This document shows, one piece after another, positions 49,306 through 62,196 of a DNA stretch of 64,000 nucleotides. A program made the position numbers and the translations under genes. Every line of letters begins with the position of its first letter. Within the stretch, counting starts at the first letter, position 1. The stretch comes from Botryllus schlosseri (Eukaryota), in the NCBI GenBank assembly GCA_051294905.1, contig CM119373.1, positions 4,280,001-4,344,000 on the forward strand, in the 5' to 3' direction. The notes below the pieces were generated by a model. It was not told the origin of the DNA and did not search any database. It was given only the letters and a program-made list of their open reading frames with translations.

Positions 49306-52025
49306 GTTAAGAACCACTGCTGTAAACACTAATCCAGAAAGGGTTAGAAAGATGTCATGTGAATCCGTTGACACTATCGTTCTACATTCCCCAGTTGAAG
49401 TGTCATCAGACTCATAACATAAGGCTACAACAAACTTTACGTTCCGACAGGGCATTTACTAGAAGGGACATGATGGAAGGCAATACGTTTGCTCATACGC
49501 ACAACTGCATAGAAATTTCAACAGTGTCGAGGAATTATACAACCATATCAACATTACTGATGTAAACTAACATAACAAATATTAATTTCGAAGTCATATG
49601 TGTATAATTCGATTTCGTGTTCAACTATTGTTGAACTATCTTCAACTATTCCCGTATGTAGAAGGTTATTTTAATAGGGGTGGCCAACCTTTTCGGTCAA
49701 AGGGCCACAATCAATTAACGAACAATTGCGCGGGCCACTAGCCGCGCCGAACGAGAAAATTTTCGAAGTTAAAAGGTCAATAATATTATTACTTGAGTAT
49801 ATTGCGGGTCTACTGTATATCGCTGGGCTGACTTTGCAACGAGTAAGCTATTCGCCACCTGGACATATCGATATCAAAAGCTTCGGCTAACATGCGTCAA
49901 TCATTTTGTGCCTAGGTTTCATCGTCGACGGTCTTTCTGAGGGCGCAAACAAAAGGTCGCACATTGGACGACACTTTCTCTCGTAATTGCGAATATAGTT
50001 TGACTCAATCTGGTACATCAGGCGTTCTTTCATTCTCAGGAGGGGTAACAATATTGAAAGCAAGAAATCGAGTGACAACATATTGCGGGACTCGTGAAGA
50101 AAATTTTTACTTTAGCTAAACCTACCGCAGAATATTCTGCTTTATTGTAACGTACGAAGATCTACCAAAATATGACTGGCCCATGGATCTGTCAATGCGT
50201 TAGAACTGATATTTTAGTCGTTACATCCCAAGTATTGCGGCCAGACTAATCACATTTTAGTTGGCCTTGCAAGTTCACAATCTCCGCAATCCATTTTGAT
50301 AATATTACTAATTTCGAAAATTACCCCGCGAGTAACTCAAAACCTTGTCGCTCGTTGGCCGCCCTGACATAGTTAACATCTCCTATTATGGCGTCATATA
50401 CCTATAGCAGCACATATGGTATCGCCAAGTACGGTAGACAAATCTTACACCAATTCAGATTGTTCCTTATTAGCATGGTTTGAGAGTTGCACAAATTTCT
50501 AATCCACCCTCGTAAATTCTAAATCGAGATTTGAATCCGACTTGCGATACCGTGGTAATTTCATATCCCGAATTATTGAAATTTAATTTCCCGTCTCACA
50601 GTCGGACTAAGTCTGTACTAAAGTACTGAGACCGGCTCCTATTGCCGACCATAGATGAAGGAAGCTGTGATTACCACACTCGCTTAAAATAGCGACTCAC
50701 AATACATGGTATACATACTAAGAAATTACTGGGCTGACGGCAAAATTGGGCTGGAACTCAGTCTCTCGAATCCATCAGTTCTAACTGCTAGTACAACTGC
50801 TTTCTGCAGGTAAACTTAGTTAGCTATGAAACGTTATTTCAGTCTCACAGATACCGATCTTTCAAATAATCAGCTATCAGTCACGCTTATGCTTCTATTG
50901 ACCATAAAAGATTCTAAATCGGGTGAGGCACGTATATATTTAAAGTATGTAATATTGCTGTTTATTTTGACGTGCATCAACCAATCACTATATAGCCTTC
51001 AAGTCGTCATTTCTTCGTATTTAAACTCTAAAACTGGTCCTAATGGTTCTACGATAACAGCAATGCATATTGTGACGTATGGAGAAGAAAACTCTTCAGA
51101 CAAAACCTTTGATACGTAAAATTTTTTATTGACAAATACACGGAAAATCAGACTTGTAAAACCGATCTCGGTAAATTAGTAAATAATGCTGGATAGTATA
51201 GTTAAAATCGGAATGGACCGTGATAGAAAATTGCAATGCTACAGAAGTATCAACACTATAAGAAGACCACCAATAACACTCCTGTTGTTCTTATTGACGA
51301 CATAATGAGCGATACTCCAATACTCGACTCGACTCGTAGCCTAATACTCGAATCAGATTCGAGTCACCCGAGTACTCAGTTTTGCCCAGCCGTAGTTGCG
51401 ACTAGCGATCATCCCCGAAGGTGTCGTCGGAAGCTGTACGCGTTATTGTTACATTCGCCATCATCTTTGTGGAAATGGATTTTCGGCCCTCGTTCATATC
51501 AAATATAAGGCATGGATTTTTGAGACTTGACCGTGTATTTCAAGAAATGCAGCTACAAAATTGGCTTTAAAATAATAAAGGTTTTCCCAATTTCTACATA
51601 AATAGTGTGATGTTAATTTCAAGAATAGTCATTTTATTGCTGTTCATCACTATCCTACAGTTAAGATTCACAGAAGACAGATGACGGTTGTACGATAATG
51701 GAGCTAAATTTGCACAAAAATTTCGGGGTTACCCGAGGGTCCGTGTCGGTGCGAAAGGGTCCGTGAAGAAAAAAGGGTCGGGAACCGATGCTTTATGGTA
51801 TGAATGTAGTAAACAAGGTAGTTGACCGATACATACTATAGGATTAGCCTTGTTGGCTACGTAACCTGAAGTCCAATTCAATGTGACAGATTCAACTACA
51901 TCATGTATTATAATGCTGATCAACATTATACAAGGGAAATAATATATGATGAAATTGTCACTTAACGGATTTCGGAAAGGTCTGCTCTAAAATCCGATTC
52001 TTAACACGGTTCCGCTGGTTTACGA

Positions 52026-52681
52026 TTAACTTCGTTTCGGCGTACATTGCTGCATTGTTTTAAAAAATGATACGTCGCCAATTACGACTGAATTCGACCT
52101 GGTGAAATTGACAATCGAATCATCGGTGCAACTGGTACTTGGTCGATTTAAGATATCAATTTCGGAAGAATTAAGAGCTCTGTTCCAAAGCCGAAATCCT
52201 TCTATGTCACCCCGAAAACCTTGATGAGGGTTTTTGGGTTTGATTGACCAGTCCGTGCCTTCATCTTGATCCAAATTCTGTCCCAAGATAAGATCGCCGC
52301 CTCCAGGTATTACATGATGGGAAATGTTGACGGTATTCACGGTGCCGTTGATGTATACGCTCATGTAGGTGTCTGATTTCACAACGCACAAATGTGTACG
52401 ATATCGTAAGCCGTAATTTCTGAAGCTTCCTGGTACGGCTACGAGGCGCGAGTTCAGACCGATTTTAGTTTCGCTTTGCGGTGCCCATACGACGAACGTG
52501 TTGCAGTTCTTCGATCCGGACTTGCAATAACTCACAATCGCTTGTTCTCTTGCGTAAGATTGATTCGAATTTCGCACCCAGACGCATGCCGTGAAGGATG
52601 TGATAGCTGGCAATGTGCCTTTGTATTTCACGTAATGCAGATGTTCGTCGTTCGGAAAGCGAAAGCCAGAGGGACCGCACG
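52026..52681 (-). CDS. Pentraxin-domain terminal exon, open frame, divergent paralog
   Basis: TTTCAG phase-1 acceptor before Cys as in the other copies; FRFP...SFTACVWV...IVSYC...THLCVV...IPGGGDLILGQNLD...FRGDIEGFRLWNRAL. Confidence 0.85.
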
Positions 52682-53596
52682 CTGAAACGAGGAAGGAAAT
52701 ATCCATCTATACACTCATCACATGTCGCGCTAGAGCGGAAAAGCAAAATTTGAACCATGCAATTTATCGCAATTTATCGTTCATTCGACATCAGCTTGAT
52801 TTCATTTCTTGTCCCATGAAAATTATAGGCCTTAGGAAATGAGACAGAGTTTCAATCTCTATTAAATATTGCTTAATCCATGCGTGGCAACAATTTAGGA
52901 AGTATCAGGGACAATGTAGTGTAGGCTACTGGACACTGACACTGACACTGAATTATCATGAAATTCTAGTATTTTTGGTGATGACCTAATATGATGTATT
53001 TAAAGGTTGTGGTTAGCGTTGCATAAAATATATAATTGGTAACCGGTCTGCAAATATACCAATATATGAATAAGTCATGTCAGATTTCGGCATTTAGCCA
53101 TCGACTTCCAATGCAAATTTCTAATAATATAGCTTAACATAGCTTAATATAAATATAATATATATTTATATTATAATCAACGGGAATATTGAAGATTCTA
53201 CACTACGCAAGGCTACTGAACAAAAATGTATTTACAGATTTGATACATTCCGACAAAGGCTGAATATAGATAGACGGTGCATGTCTCACTACACCATGTA
53301 ATGGTCCACTTGACACCTTTCTGCATGTGTATTATACTATAAGCACCGGATCGTATCCATATTTTTGGAGTACAACTCACTGTAGGTGTTTCAAATATAA
53401 ACTGGATCTTAATATATATGACGTCATAAAGTACGCGATTTTGAAATCTAAAAGTTATCGCCCACTATCATGTTGTCACAATATGCGTATGTTCAGATCT
53501 TTTTTGCGTTGCTCTTTTCGCGTTAATTTCGCTTTAACAGCTGATGAAGTAGCGGATCTCCGAAAGCTCGTGGGACTAATACAGTTATATACTTAC

Positions 53597-53747
53597 AAGT
53601 GGACGTTAAGTCGGGCGTGGAAGCTGGTGAGGTCTTACGTTTGATGGTAATAACTTTGAGCTAGCTAGGCTCACTCGAATGTGTAGTGCCCAGACCACGC
53701 GTTTTCATGGCGATATCAGGATTGTCAAAATCGATCTTGCCCAGTAG
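53597..53747 (-). other. Candidate Ser/Thr-rich linker exon upstream of the minus-strand pentraxin exon (contains one TAG)
   Basis: T|GTAAGT phase-1 donor compatible with 52681; weak AAG acceptor; in-frame stop. Confidence 0.25.
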
Positions 53748-56141
53748 CTTGAAAATCGAAATATAAATTGGAAATTTCAATATCCAACTTAGCGTCAAAA
53801 CAGTTGTATTCTTTTATTCTTTATATTTCGTATGCCTGAAACGACACTGCTTATTCTTGCTATTGTAGGACAAGGGAATTGTATCGAGTGCGTCGTGCCA
53901 TTTTCATATTCCTCTCGACATCGTGATTGTTTTAAGCGTTTAAATTAATGTGTATAGTAGATGAATGATGAATTTTCTCGTAGTATCAACGCTTACAGTA
54001 ACATAATCTATCTATCGATGGTCTACCTGGCGGTCGCTGACGTGCTTTGTTGGCAACCCGTTTCTTCAAGTCGGTCAGGATGTCATCAATTCTATTATCG
54101 CTCTGAAAAAGCACATGAATTGAATATTTCGATTGCTGTTCTGTCGCTATCAGCTACTCATATATGATAGACGCTGTGCCGCCATGTAAAGGTTCAAAAT
54201 TACCTATACCAAAATGTATAAATTGTATATACTATAAATTTGAGCACTAATAGAAATGTTAAAATATACGAGCGCACGCGCGTTCAAATAACAATAAGAT
54301 GTTTCTCGCGTGGTAAACATTTGGCTGAATTATAACTGACTGAAAACTCATTTGAGAGGGAAAAAATCTAGTACATACATTGATAACTGTGTACGAACCA
54401 CATACGGAGCTGACATCCCAGGATAAAAATCAATAGTTTGGCCACCACATTATCTTATTAGCTCAGAAAGCACAATGCTATCCATATATATTAATAGAAC
54501 CGTGGTTCTCAACCGGGGGTTCGCGAAGCATTTTCAGGGGACCGCGAAGCCTCCAAATTAGCAAAATGGTTCATATCCGAATTTGAATTTTTTTAATTAG
54601 AGGAATAAGGAGGCAGTTTCGCTTCATAACTGCAATAACTTCAGAACTTACATAGACAGAATGGCCATCGGAGATAAAATTTTCAACTATGCAAACTTAT
54701 TTTAATTGCCAATATCCGCTGCGAGATGTTTTGTTGGGATTTTGAAAAAAAATGTTTGCAAAAGCCCAGTTTGTCCTGTGATATGCGTAACCGCTGCAAG
54801 ATCGATATAATGGTTATATGTTCACTATAATCAGCTTATTAATTGTGGTGTCATGTATGTTGAGATCATACCCAAAGGTGTCGTTGGAAGCGTTCCGCGT
54901 TATTATCACATTCGCTACCATCTATTTTTGTGGAAATGGATTTTCGGCAATCGTTCAGATCAAACAGACCGAGCGGATTTTCAAGACACGGCCGCTTATT
55001 TCAGGAAATGTAGCTGCAGAATTCGCTTTGAAATAATAAAAGCTTTCTCAATTTTTACATAAATAGTAGGCTATAATGTTATTTTCAAGAATGGTCACAT
55101 TGATGGTGTATGTCACTATCGTACAGTTTATATTTGCACACAGCATATGACGGTTGCACGATAATTGGACTAAATTTGAGACACAACTTTGGGGGTCCGC
55201 CTGGATCCGTGACGGTCCAAAAAGGGTCCAGTTACGGTTTTTTGTCAAATGCGTCTGGTTGAGCAGAATGTTTAGTAACAGCTCGCGCGTTCGCATTATC
55301 TTCGTAACGTTCTATTTGAAGTATACGTGCGATTGCGACTCTACTCGAATCACTGCAATGCAGATATTACCTAGAAACATTTTGCCCTTAAATTATCTGT
55401 GATACTTATATATTGATGCTTGTCACTCGACATCTTAGCTAGCAGCGCAAGTTTATCGAGATGTGCTAACGAAGTCGCTCCCTTATGTCTGGAGACGAAC
55501 GAGATGAATTAGGGTAAACGGGTAGTGATTCCCCAATGCGCGAAGGACTGCGAATTCACAATGATATTACAAAGCTGGTTTTGGTTCAGAGCTGTGGGTT
55601 TTGTAACTTGCTATTTAGCCTTGTTATTTCGACAACTACGCTGGCAGATGCCTGGAAATCCGCGCTGTCCCGGCCTCAGCCAGCCAACGAGTGTCTGTAT
55701 TTCACTGCGTTGTTCTCATAATGTCGATTACAATGTCTAATCTCTGAACACGGCCACCTGCTCACCACAAACTAGAATGACGGGATATTCTCGGACTCAA
55801 GTAAACAGGTATTTAGTGCTCTAAATATTCTTTAAATGTCTGCCTTCAGCCTCCGCTTGTATTGTAACATGCCTGTTCACTGTTCATCGTTGATGGGTGA
55901 CCGTAACTCACGTGGACTGATTTGACTTGTTCAACGGATTATATGATTGGAAACGTATGGCATGACAATATAAAATACAGCACAAACGAGTCATTGGCAA
56001 TGTAACTATGACAATAAACAAGTTTTGAACTATCTGGAAACCGTTACTTTGACTTCAATTGTTACAGCATACTTTACTATTTTTGCATTATTTTGAATCC
56101 ATACTATACGACTTATACGTGTAGAGTACGTAATCACTATA

Positions 56142-56766
56142 CAGGGGTGGGCAAACCACGGCCCGCGAGTCGCATGCAGCCCTTCACGCAGTTTTGTGCG
56201 GCCCGCGAGAGTCGAAATAAACTTTTTAAAAATATTGATAAAATGCGTACTGAAAATCGAATTATTGCAGGGACTTGTTTAAACTTTTTCTTAGTATATC
56301 TCACCATGATAATTCTAAGACAGTGGTTCTGAAACTGGGAGAGACACCCCCTTGGGGGCGTGGAAGCATCTGAAGGGGGTGCGAAGCTGAGCTCAACCAA
56401 TAAAAATCTCGCGCTCGGCGCGATTTACATCCCATTCATAATTATTGCTCTGTATTTAGTTTGAATGTCCTATTTGAAAATCTCTCATCCACAGTCGTAA
56501 CATTCCATGCCATCATTTGGTTTGCTGGCATCCTGGTTGCGTTTTGCGATATGACGATAAGAGGAGCGAAATCTTTTACCATCATAACGGGGGGTGGGGG
56601 TCGTGCATTAAAAAGTTAGAGAACCGCTGTTATAAGGTAAATACTTCCCATATTATTTTTTATGTTTAACTTATGGCGCGCTCTCAAAGCCCATGCAGTT
56701 TGAAAGGTTTCAACTGCTAAGCATCAGAGAAATCCTAAACGAGATTGACATAATTCGGATCAGGAG

Positions 56767-56804
<38 letters not shown>

Positions 56805-58084
56805 TATTCGTCAACCATGAAATACAGTAAAGGCAATGTCCACAAACATTCACGTCCAATAGTATACATTTTTTAAATTTTCCTAACTATAATTTACACG
56901 GTATAGACTGGGAGACCCGATATGACCGAAGTCGTCTAGGCCGGAGTCACCCAAGCATATTGGCAGTATTAATTATAATATGGATCAATTTCTTCTCTCA
57001 GTCGAGTAGCAGCGCAAAGAGTAACGAAATAAACAAAAGTAAATAAAAGACAGCAACACTAGTGAAGGACGGTTACCATAGTTAACAGTGTGATCAGAAA
57101 ATAACAATTTGACCCATGTACACAGTGGTAATATTATTGTAGCATATTGAATGAATCAAAACAACAAACAACATCACTGTGGTCATGGGATATGTTCTTC
57201 TTAGTACTTGGATAATATAAATTTGCAATAGCGAGCTTTAAATGTATGATAAGGAAGAGTACGGTAGAAAGTTGGTACATTGTTCCAAAATTTCACACCT
57301 ATATAAGATAGGGATTTTCTTGACAGTCTTGATGAATTCAATTTAACAAATAGGGACAGATTCTGTGAGAATCTTGTGTTATAATGGTGAATTGAATTGG
57401 GGCATTGAAAAAAGTTGTTGAAATAGTCAGGTAATGTTCTTTCATTATATTGTTTCATGATTTTTACAATTTCAAATTCATATAAATCCGAGACCTTGAG
57501 AATGCCCAATTTTCTAAATTCAGGACTGATACCGCTACGTGCAGATGTGATTTTAGATTGTCCACTCTAGGTTTCAGTGATGTGTCTATAAAATACGATT
57601 CACGCGTGTCTTAGATAGATTCGTTCTCTGTATGCGTAGAATGAGGGTATCTATATTTTATCTGCACATAGTAAATGCGTGTTTGAAGTTAACATGGTTA
57701 TGATGCTGTCAATATTGTGTGTCCTGGAACTGAACCAAAAGTAAAATTAGTAAATCTATGAACAGATCGCTCCTCACAGATTTAAATTTCAATCCTGTTC
57801 TAAGAATCGGGAAAACCACCTTTCATGTCTATAGTTTTGACAAATTGGTTATTGAGGTCGACCAGTTTATGAAATCTCGCCACTGTTTCTACCGCGTGTA
57901 TGATATCACCAAAGTAATGTTTGGATTGTTTCAAATAAGCATACATATTATTTCCATGTCCTCACTATATAATCGAATACCAAAATTGCGTTTTGGTTTA
58001 TAATCCCAATTTTATATTGTGCGGCCCACGAATGGATTCAGATGTTGAATGCGCCCCGCGAGCTCAAAGGTTTGCCCACCCCTG
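56142..58084. mobile_element. Second copy (inverted) of the 32-1178 hAT element, interrupted by a LINE
   Basis: CAGGGGTGGGCAAAC TIRs; CTATACAG on both sides, overlapping the left TIR. Confidence 0.88.
56770..57545 (-). mobile_element. 5'-truncated LINE (CR1/L2/Crack-like) 3' end
   Basis: ORF2-type C-terminus LGILKVSDLY...HHYNTR...GVKFWNNVP; 3' UTR ends AATAAAAG plus a (TC)n tail; absent from the 32-1178 copy. Confidence 0.82.
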
Positions 58085-58295
58085 CTATACAGTTATATAG
58101 ATGAACAAGAAGGCTTAAAGGTAAACGCATTTCCTGTTCAGTTTATACAGCATATAGTATTAGTTCGCACACATTAGTAGTCAAAAGTACGTTTTATGTT
58201 CTAAATTTCCGGCTACTCTTCGCGGGCCAGTCAGAATCACGTCGCAGGCTGCACCAGGCCTGCCGTATAGCATCGTAAATAAATATGAAACCCAC

Positions 58296-58354
58296 CTGGC
58301 AATCTCCCTCAGTAATCCAACTTCCCTTCGTAAAGCGCCTTGCACAAAAATGTT
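58296..58354 (-). CDS. Cys/Trp-rich exon segment (HFCARRFTKGSWITEGDCQ); homolog of 18093-18151; 3' boundary uncertain
   Basis: TTTCAG acceptor, CAG|GTGGGT candidate donor, same phase and length as the plus-strand homolog. Confidence 0.55.
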
Positions 58355-58720
58355 CTGAAATAATAGCACGAATTACTTCACTCAACTGGAACATGCGATA
58401 ATCGTACATCGGCTTGCCTACTGCAAAAATAAGACTGTAAACAGAATTGCCAGAAACGATGTACTACTACAATGTTGGGGCAATCAAGTGGGTTATCCTT
58501 ATTGTCCTATTGCTCAATTGGTTTTCTTTTTAGACTATTTCCACTTTTAATTGAGCAATTTTTTAGGCGAAACCACAATTATGAGGTGAATTTTTACGAT
58601 TGCACCTACTTGTAGTGTCATTGGACATTCTGTGTTAGTCGCGTAGATACATCTTGAGATTTCGAAGGATATAGTCACCTCCGATGCATAGCTAAAGTAC
58701 GCGACGGCTCGACCAGATCT

Positions 58721-59589
58721 CAGTGTTGGGATCATGTCCCTACCTTTGACCCACAAGTCAATCCGAGTCATTGCACATTTGGACACGAGGCAAGTTCAGT
58801 CATTCGATTTTTAAAGGTGACTCGAGTCAAATCAAGTCAAGTTACGAGTCAAGTACAAATTCATGTCGAATTTTTGAAGTTCGAGGCATGATTCAAGCCA
58901 TTTCACCTTGTCAGATGATTATTGTTTCTGCGCGGCAGTATGAACTTTGCACTGCCGATTATAGACGCAGAAGCCTGTCTATGGGTTATCTACGAATGCT
59001 AATCGTTATAATTCATACGCGTATTCCATGACATTAATAGCACAATAACACGCTCAAGTTGGATTCGAATAAAGATAGCTGACAAATAGTGTAGCAACAG
59101 CAACATACAACTTGATGAAGATAGCTGACACTCAGTACAGCAACAGAAACATACGACCGAGAATGAATGTAATACCGTAGGACGAAATTAGGAACGTAAG
59201 TTTTACAATTAATTTTGCGGCAACCCAAATAACCAACAATTGATGATTCACAGACGCTTTATATAGCGGTGAGAACAGCCTATCCGAAGAGGCTTGATTA
59301 CTAATGATTACTGAAATCACCATTCACAAATGAAATGCTGAATCGAAAACAATTAAAGTACAGATTGATTTACTAGTAAATGTGATTCGAGTAAGGAATA
59401 TCGAGTTCACATGTAAGTAGCATACTACTAGAGTTCACGTCGGTAACTGTCCGACAAACAGACGACAGAATATAAAACCTCAGAAAGTTGAAGAAAATTT
59501 ATATGATGCGATACACAATCCACCAACACATCCCCACGATAATATTTAAGTCTGTCAAGCCATGACTCGATTCGTCTCACCCAACACTG
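58721..59589. mobile_element. hAT MITE
   Basis: CAGTGTTGGG...CCCAACACTG; perfect TSD CCAGATCT. Confidence 0.88.
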
Positions 59590-59867
59590 CCAGATCTACT
59601 GTTAGAAATTCAATATTACATTTCAGATTCGTCAAATAGAAGCATCAATTGCAAAGTTTCATCTTCAACTCAAAAATTTAAAATAGCTACTTATTCCTGT
59701 AATTCAGTGGAAACTTATGGTGACTGCCTCTGAATATTTGTGGGCTGTCGGATGTAAAGAAATGTGATATTACGCAATGGTGCCGTTGGGTTGAAGTCCG
59801 ACATACGTGAAAATTTAATTTACAGATATTATCGTATTGTCTATTTCATCGCTATCAGGCTACTCAC

Positions 59868-59949
59868 GCGGTGAGCAGAGCGCCGTTCCGAATATCACCA
59901 TCGCAACTGCTTCTCCATTCTTGATCGAATATTTCTTCAAAGCACTCAT
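59868..59949 (-). CDS. Candidate first exon (MSALKKYSIKNGEAVAMVIFGTALCSP)
   Basis: Strong C|GTGAGT phase-1 donor; splicing gives ALCSPQHFC, matching AICFEVNFC of the plus-strand homolog. Confidence 0.4.
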
Positions 59950-60108
59950 CGTGCTGCGTCGACGCGAAATGCAGTTGCACAAAAGAAGTTCCGTTCTCTT
60001 TCTGATGGAAGATAACGTATGGGAAATGCATTTCTCTCAATTGACAGTAAATGTTTCTCTCAATATATGACAACGTCCCTATTTCCTGGTCGAAACAGGC
60101 GCCCGGAT

Positions 60109-60680
60109 GTTGGTTGGTTGGTTGAATAGGGAAAAATTGGTGCACCGACTACGAAGTCATTTCGCACCATGACTCAAGGGCACATAATAAAGTCCACATT
60201 GTCAAGCAATCAGATGACTCGCCCGGTGGCATTTACAAATTCCACTACTTTTATAAACATTTTGGGGTCAGATAATAAATTGTCCAGTACAAAACATATG
60301 CCTAATTGGTCGGCGGCTCCTTTAAGTGAAGTTCGGTGGTCGTCGTATCTGCTGCAATGGATCAAGAAGTGTTCGACCGATTCCTCCGAGTAACAAATTT
60401 CACATAGTCCATCATCATGGCACCCAATACGGTACAGGTGTCCGTTGAGTTTGCAATGGCCTGTCTGGAGTCTAAATAGCGTTGTACTATATTGTTTATC
60501 CAGGTTATTCATTTCCCTGGTGCTTTCTTTGTCTTCAGTGAAGCGTCGATAGTGCAAACCAGTCTCTGCCGCATTGAACTCGGAGGTTCACCACCTTTCG
60601 GATTGCTCGTTTATGATAGTCCTGCATTCCGATAGATAGGATGTTTGTTACATCTGAGTCAGGTCGCGATGTTAGCAGAA
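60109..60680 (-). mobile_element. 5'-truncated LINE (I/Nimb-like) 3' end
   Basis: RLQTGH..LNGHLYRIG...CEIC...ESVEHFLIHC zinc knuckle; 3' stem-loop GGTGC...GCACC; (CAAC)n tail. Confidence 0.8.
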
Positions 60681-62196
60681 CTCAATTCTCTGTTTGAATA
60701 TATTGGGAGTGCTAACGAGGGATGTTCGATGATATATAAGCTATTTATTCTAAATTAGAGTATTTCCACAGCCTTGTATAGATTCACAGTTAATTCTGAT
60801 TCAGTAAAAATCTATATGCATCCCTCATTGCGTTTTCACCTGTTTCTTATCGTCACTTTGATTATATAATATATATAACTAACATACTGCTAGAATGATG
60901 CTAAAAACGTGATTGCACGGTAGGGAAATCGAATAAGGTTAGAAATTTTTGATCGCTTCGTAAACATGCATCTATCATAATCTCAGAGCAGGCGATCATG
61001 CACGACCGACGATGAGAGGATTTGTCCCTTTTTCGACTTTTTCGAAAGTGTCCTCGGAGGACGCCAAAATGTCCTATTTTTTAGAATTTCAGTCAAATCT
61101 GGGGCCAATTTTGATCGATATATCGTGAATCAGCACGGAAGTAACGCTCCGCCGGGTATTTCGGAAGATTAGCCGAGAAGTTGACCTTTTGGTCAACCAG
61201 CCGATAATGTTAAAGAAAAACTGTATTTTGGGAGCTGGGCGGGAAATTTGACTTTTTTTAGTCAACCATCCACTATGTGGGAAAAATTTTCCTCTGATTT
61301 TGCAAGTCTGAGAATTCTGAAAAAGTCTCCTCATTTCAGATTTCCAAAATATGATAACCTTATTCTATGGGTTGATCGGTAGTAGAAGTATAGCTAATCA
61401 AATATCTTTGGTTTTCGGCAATACTGAATACTGAACTAAAGAAGTTGCTTGTAGCAATGTTCTTCGTATGAGATATACTCGATACAATAGGCCTACTGTT
61501 AATTCAAGGTAATGCAGTAGTTTCAGCGTATCGAGTCTCTATCTCATATCATTTCTCTAAATACATGTTTCATCAAAACACTTGTATAGTCGAAGTAATT
61601 GCAACAAGAAATAGTACTCTTATGGAATCCCGCACTATATCCTTGCTCATATCGTGACATAGGGTTCTTCACTTTTTTTCTTCATTTCCCGTCACATAGG
61701 AGTAACAGACATGGTTAATTTGATGCGGAAAGTGCATTACAAACTATCAAATAGCAATCAGCTGATCGTATACACCGCATGACCGAACGGCTGAGCCTGA
61801 GTATTGGCTTGATGGCCATATGTTGAGATACGGCGCTGTGCCAGTAACTTGACCTGCGTCTGCTGCTGTACTGGTAGTGAATTCTCAACCCACAGACATG
61901 CTCATTACAGCTTATTTCGATATGTCATTGTCGCCGGTAGCGTAAAAGACTCTCATTAAAACCCTGGAAACCAGTTTATATACTCAGGGTTTATCATATA
62001 ATGGAGTGATCATCGGAATACGAAGTATACGTGATATGGTGGTGAATTGTTACTAAGATTGCGCCGCAGTGCAAAAGCAAAAGGCCTGCGCTGGCCTCAG
62101 ACAATAGTCGAGATGAAAGGCAGATAGCATGAAAACACACATGATGCCGACCGTCAATAAAATAAAACTCTTATCGCCCTTAGAGGTAATTAGCTC

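Larger units (their letters stand above)
44564..49319. mobile_element. Charlie-like hAT MITE expanded by nested elements
   Basis: CAGTGGTTCTTGACCTT...AAGGTTAAGAA[insert]CCACTG; perfect TSD CTGTAAAC; contains a TAGGGTTACCATA-type MITE from ~45909 (relative at ~61020-61362). Confidence 0.85.
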
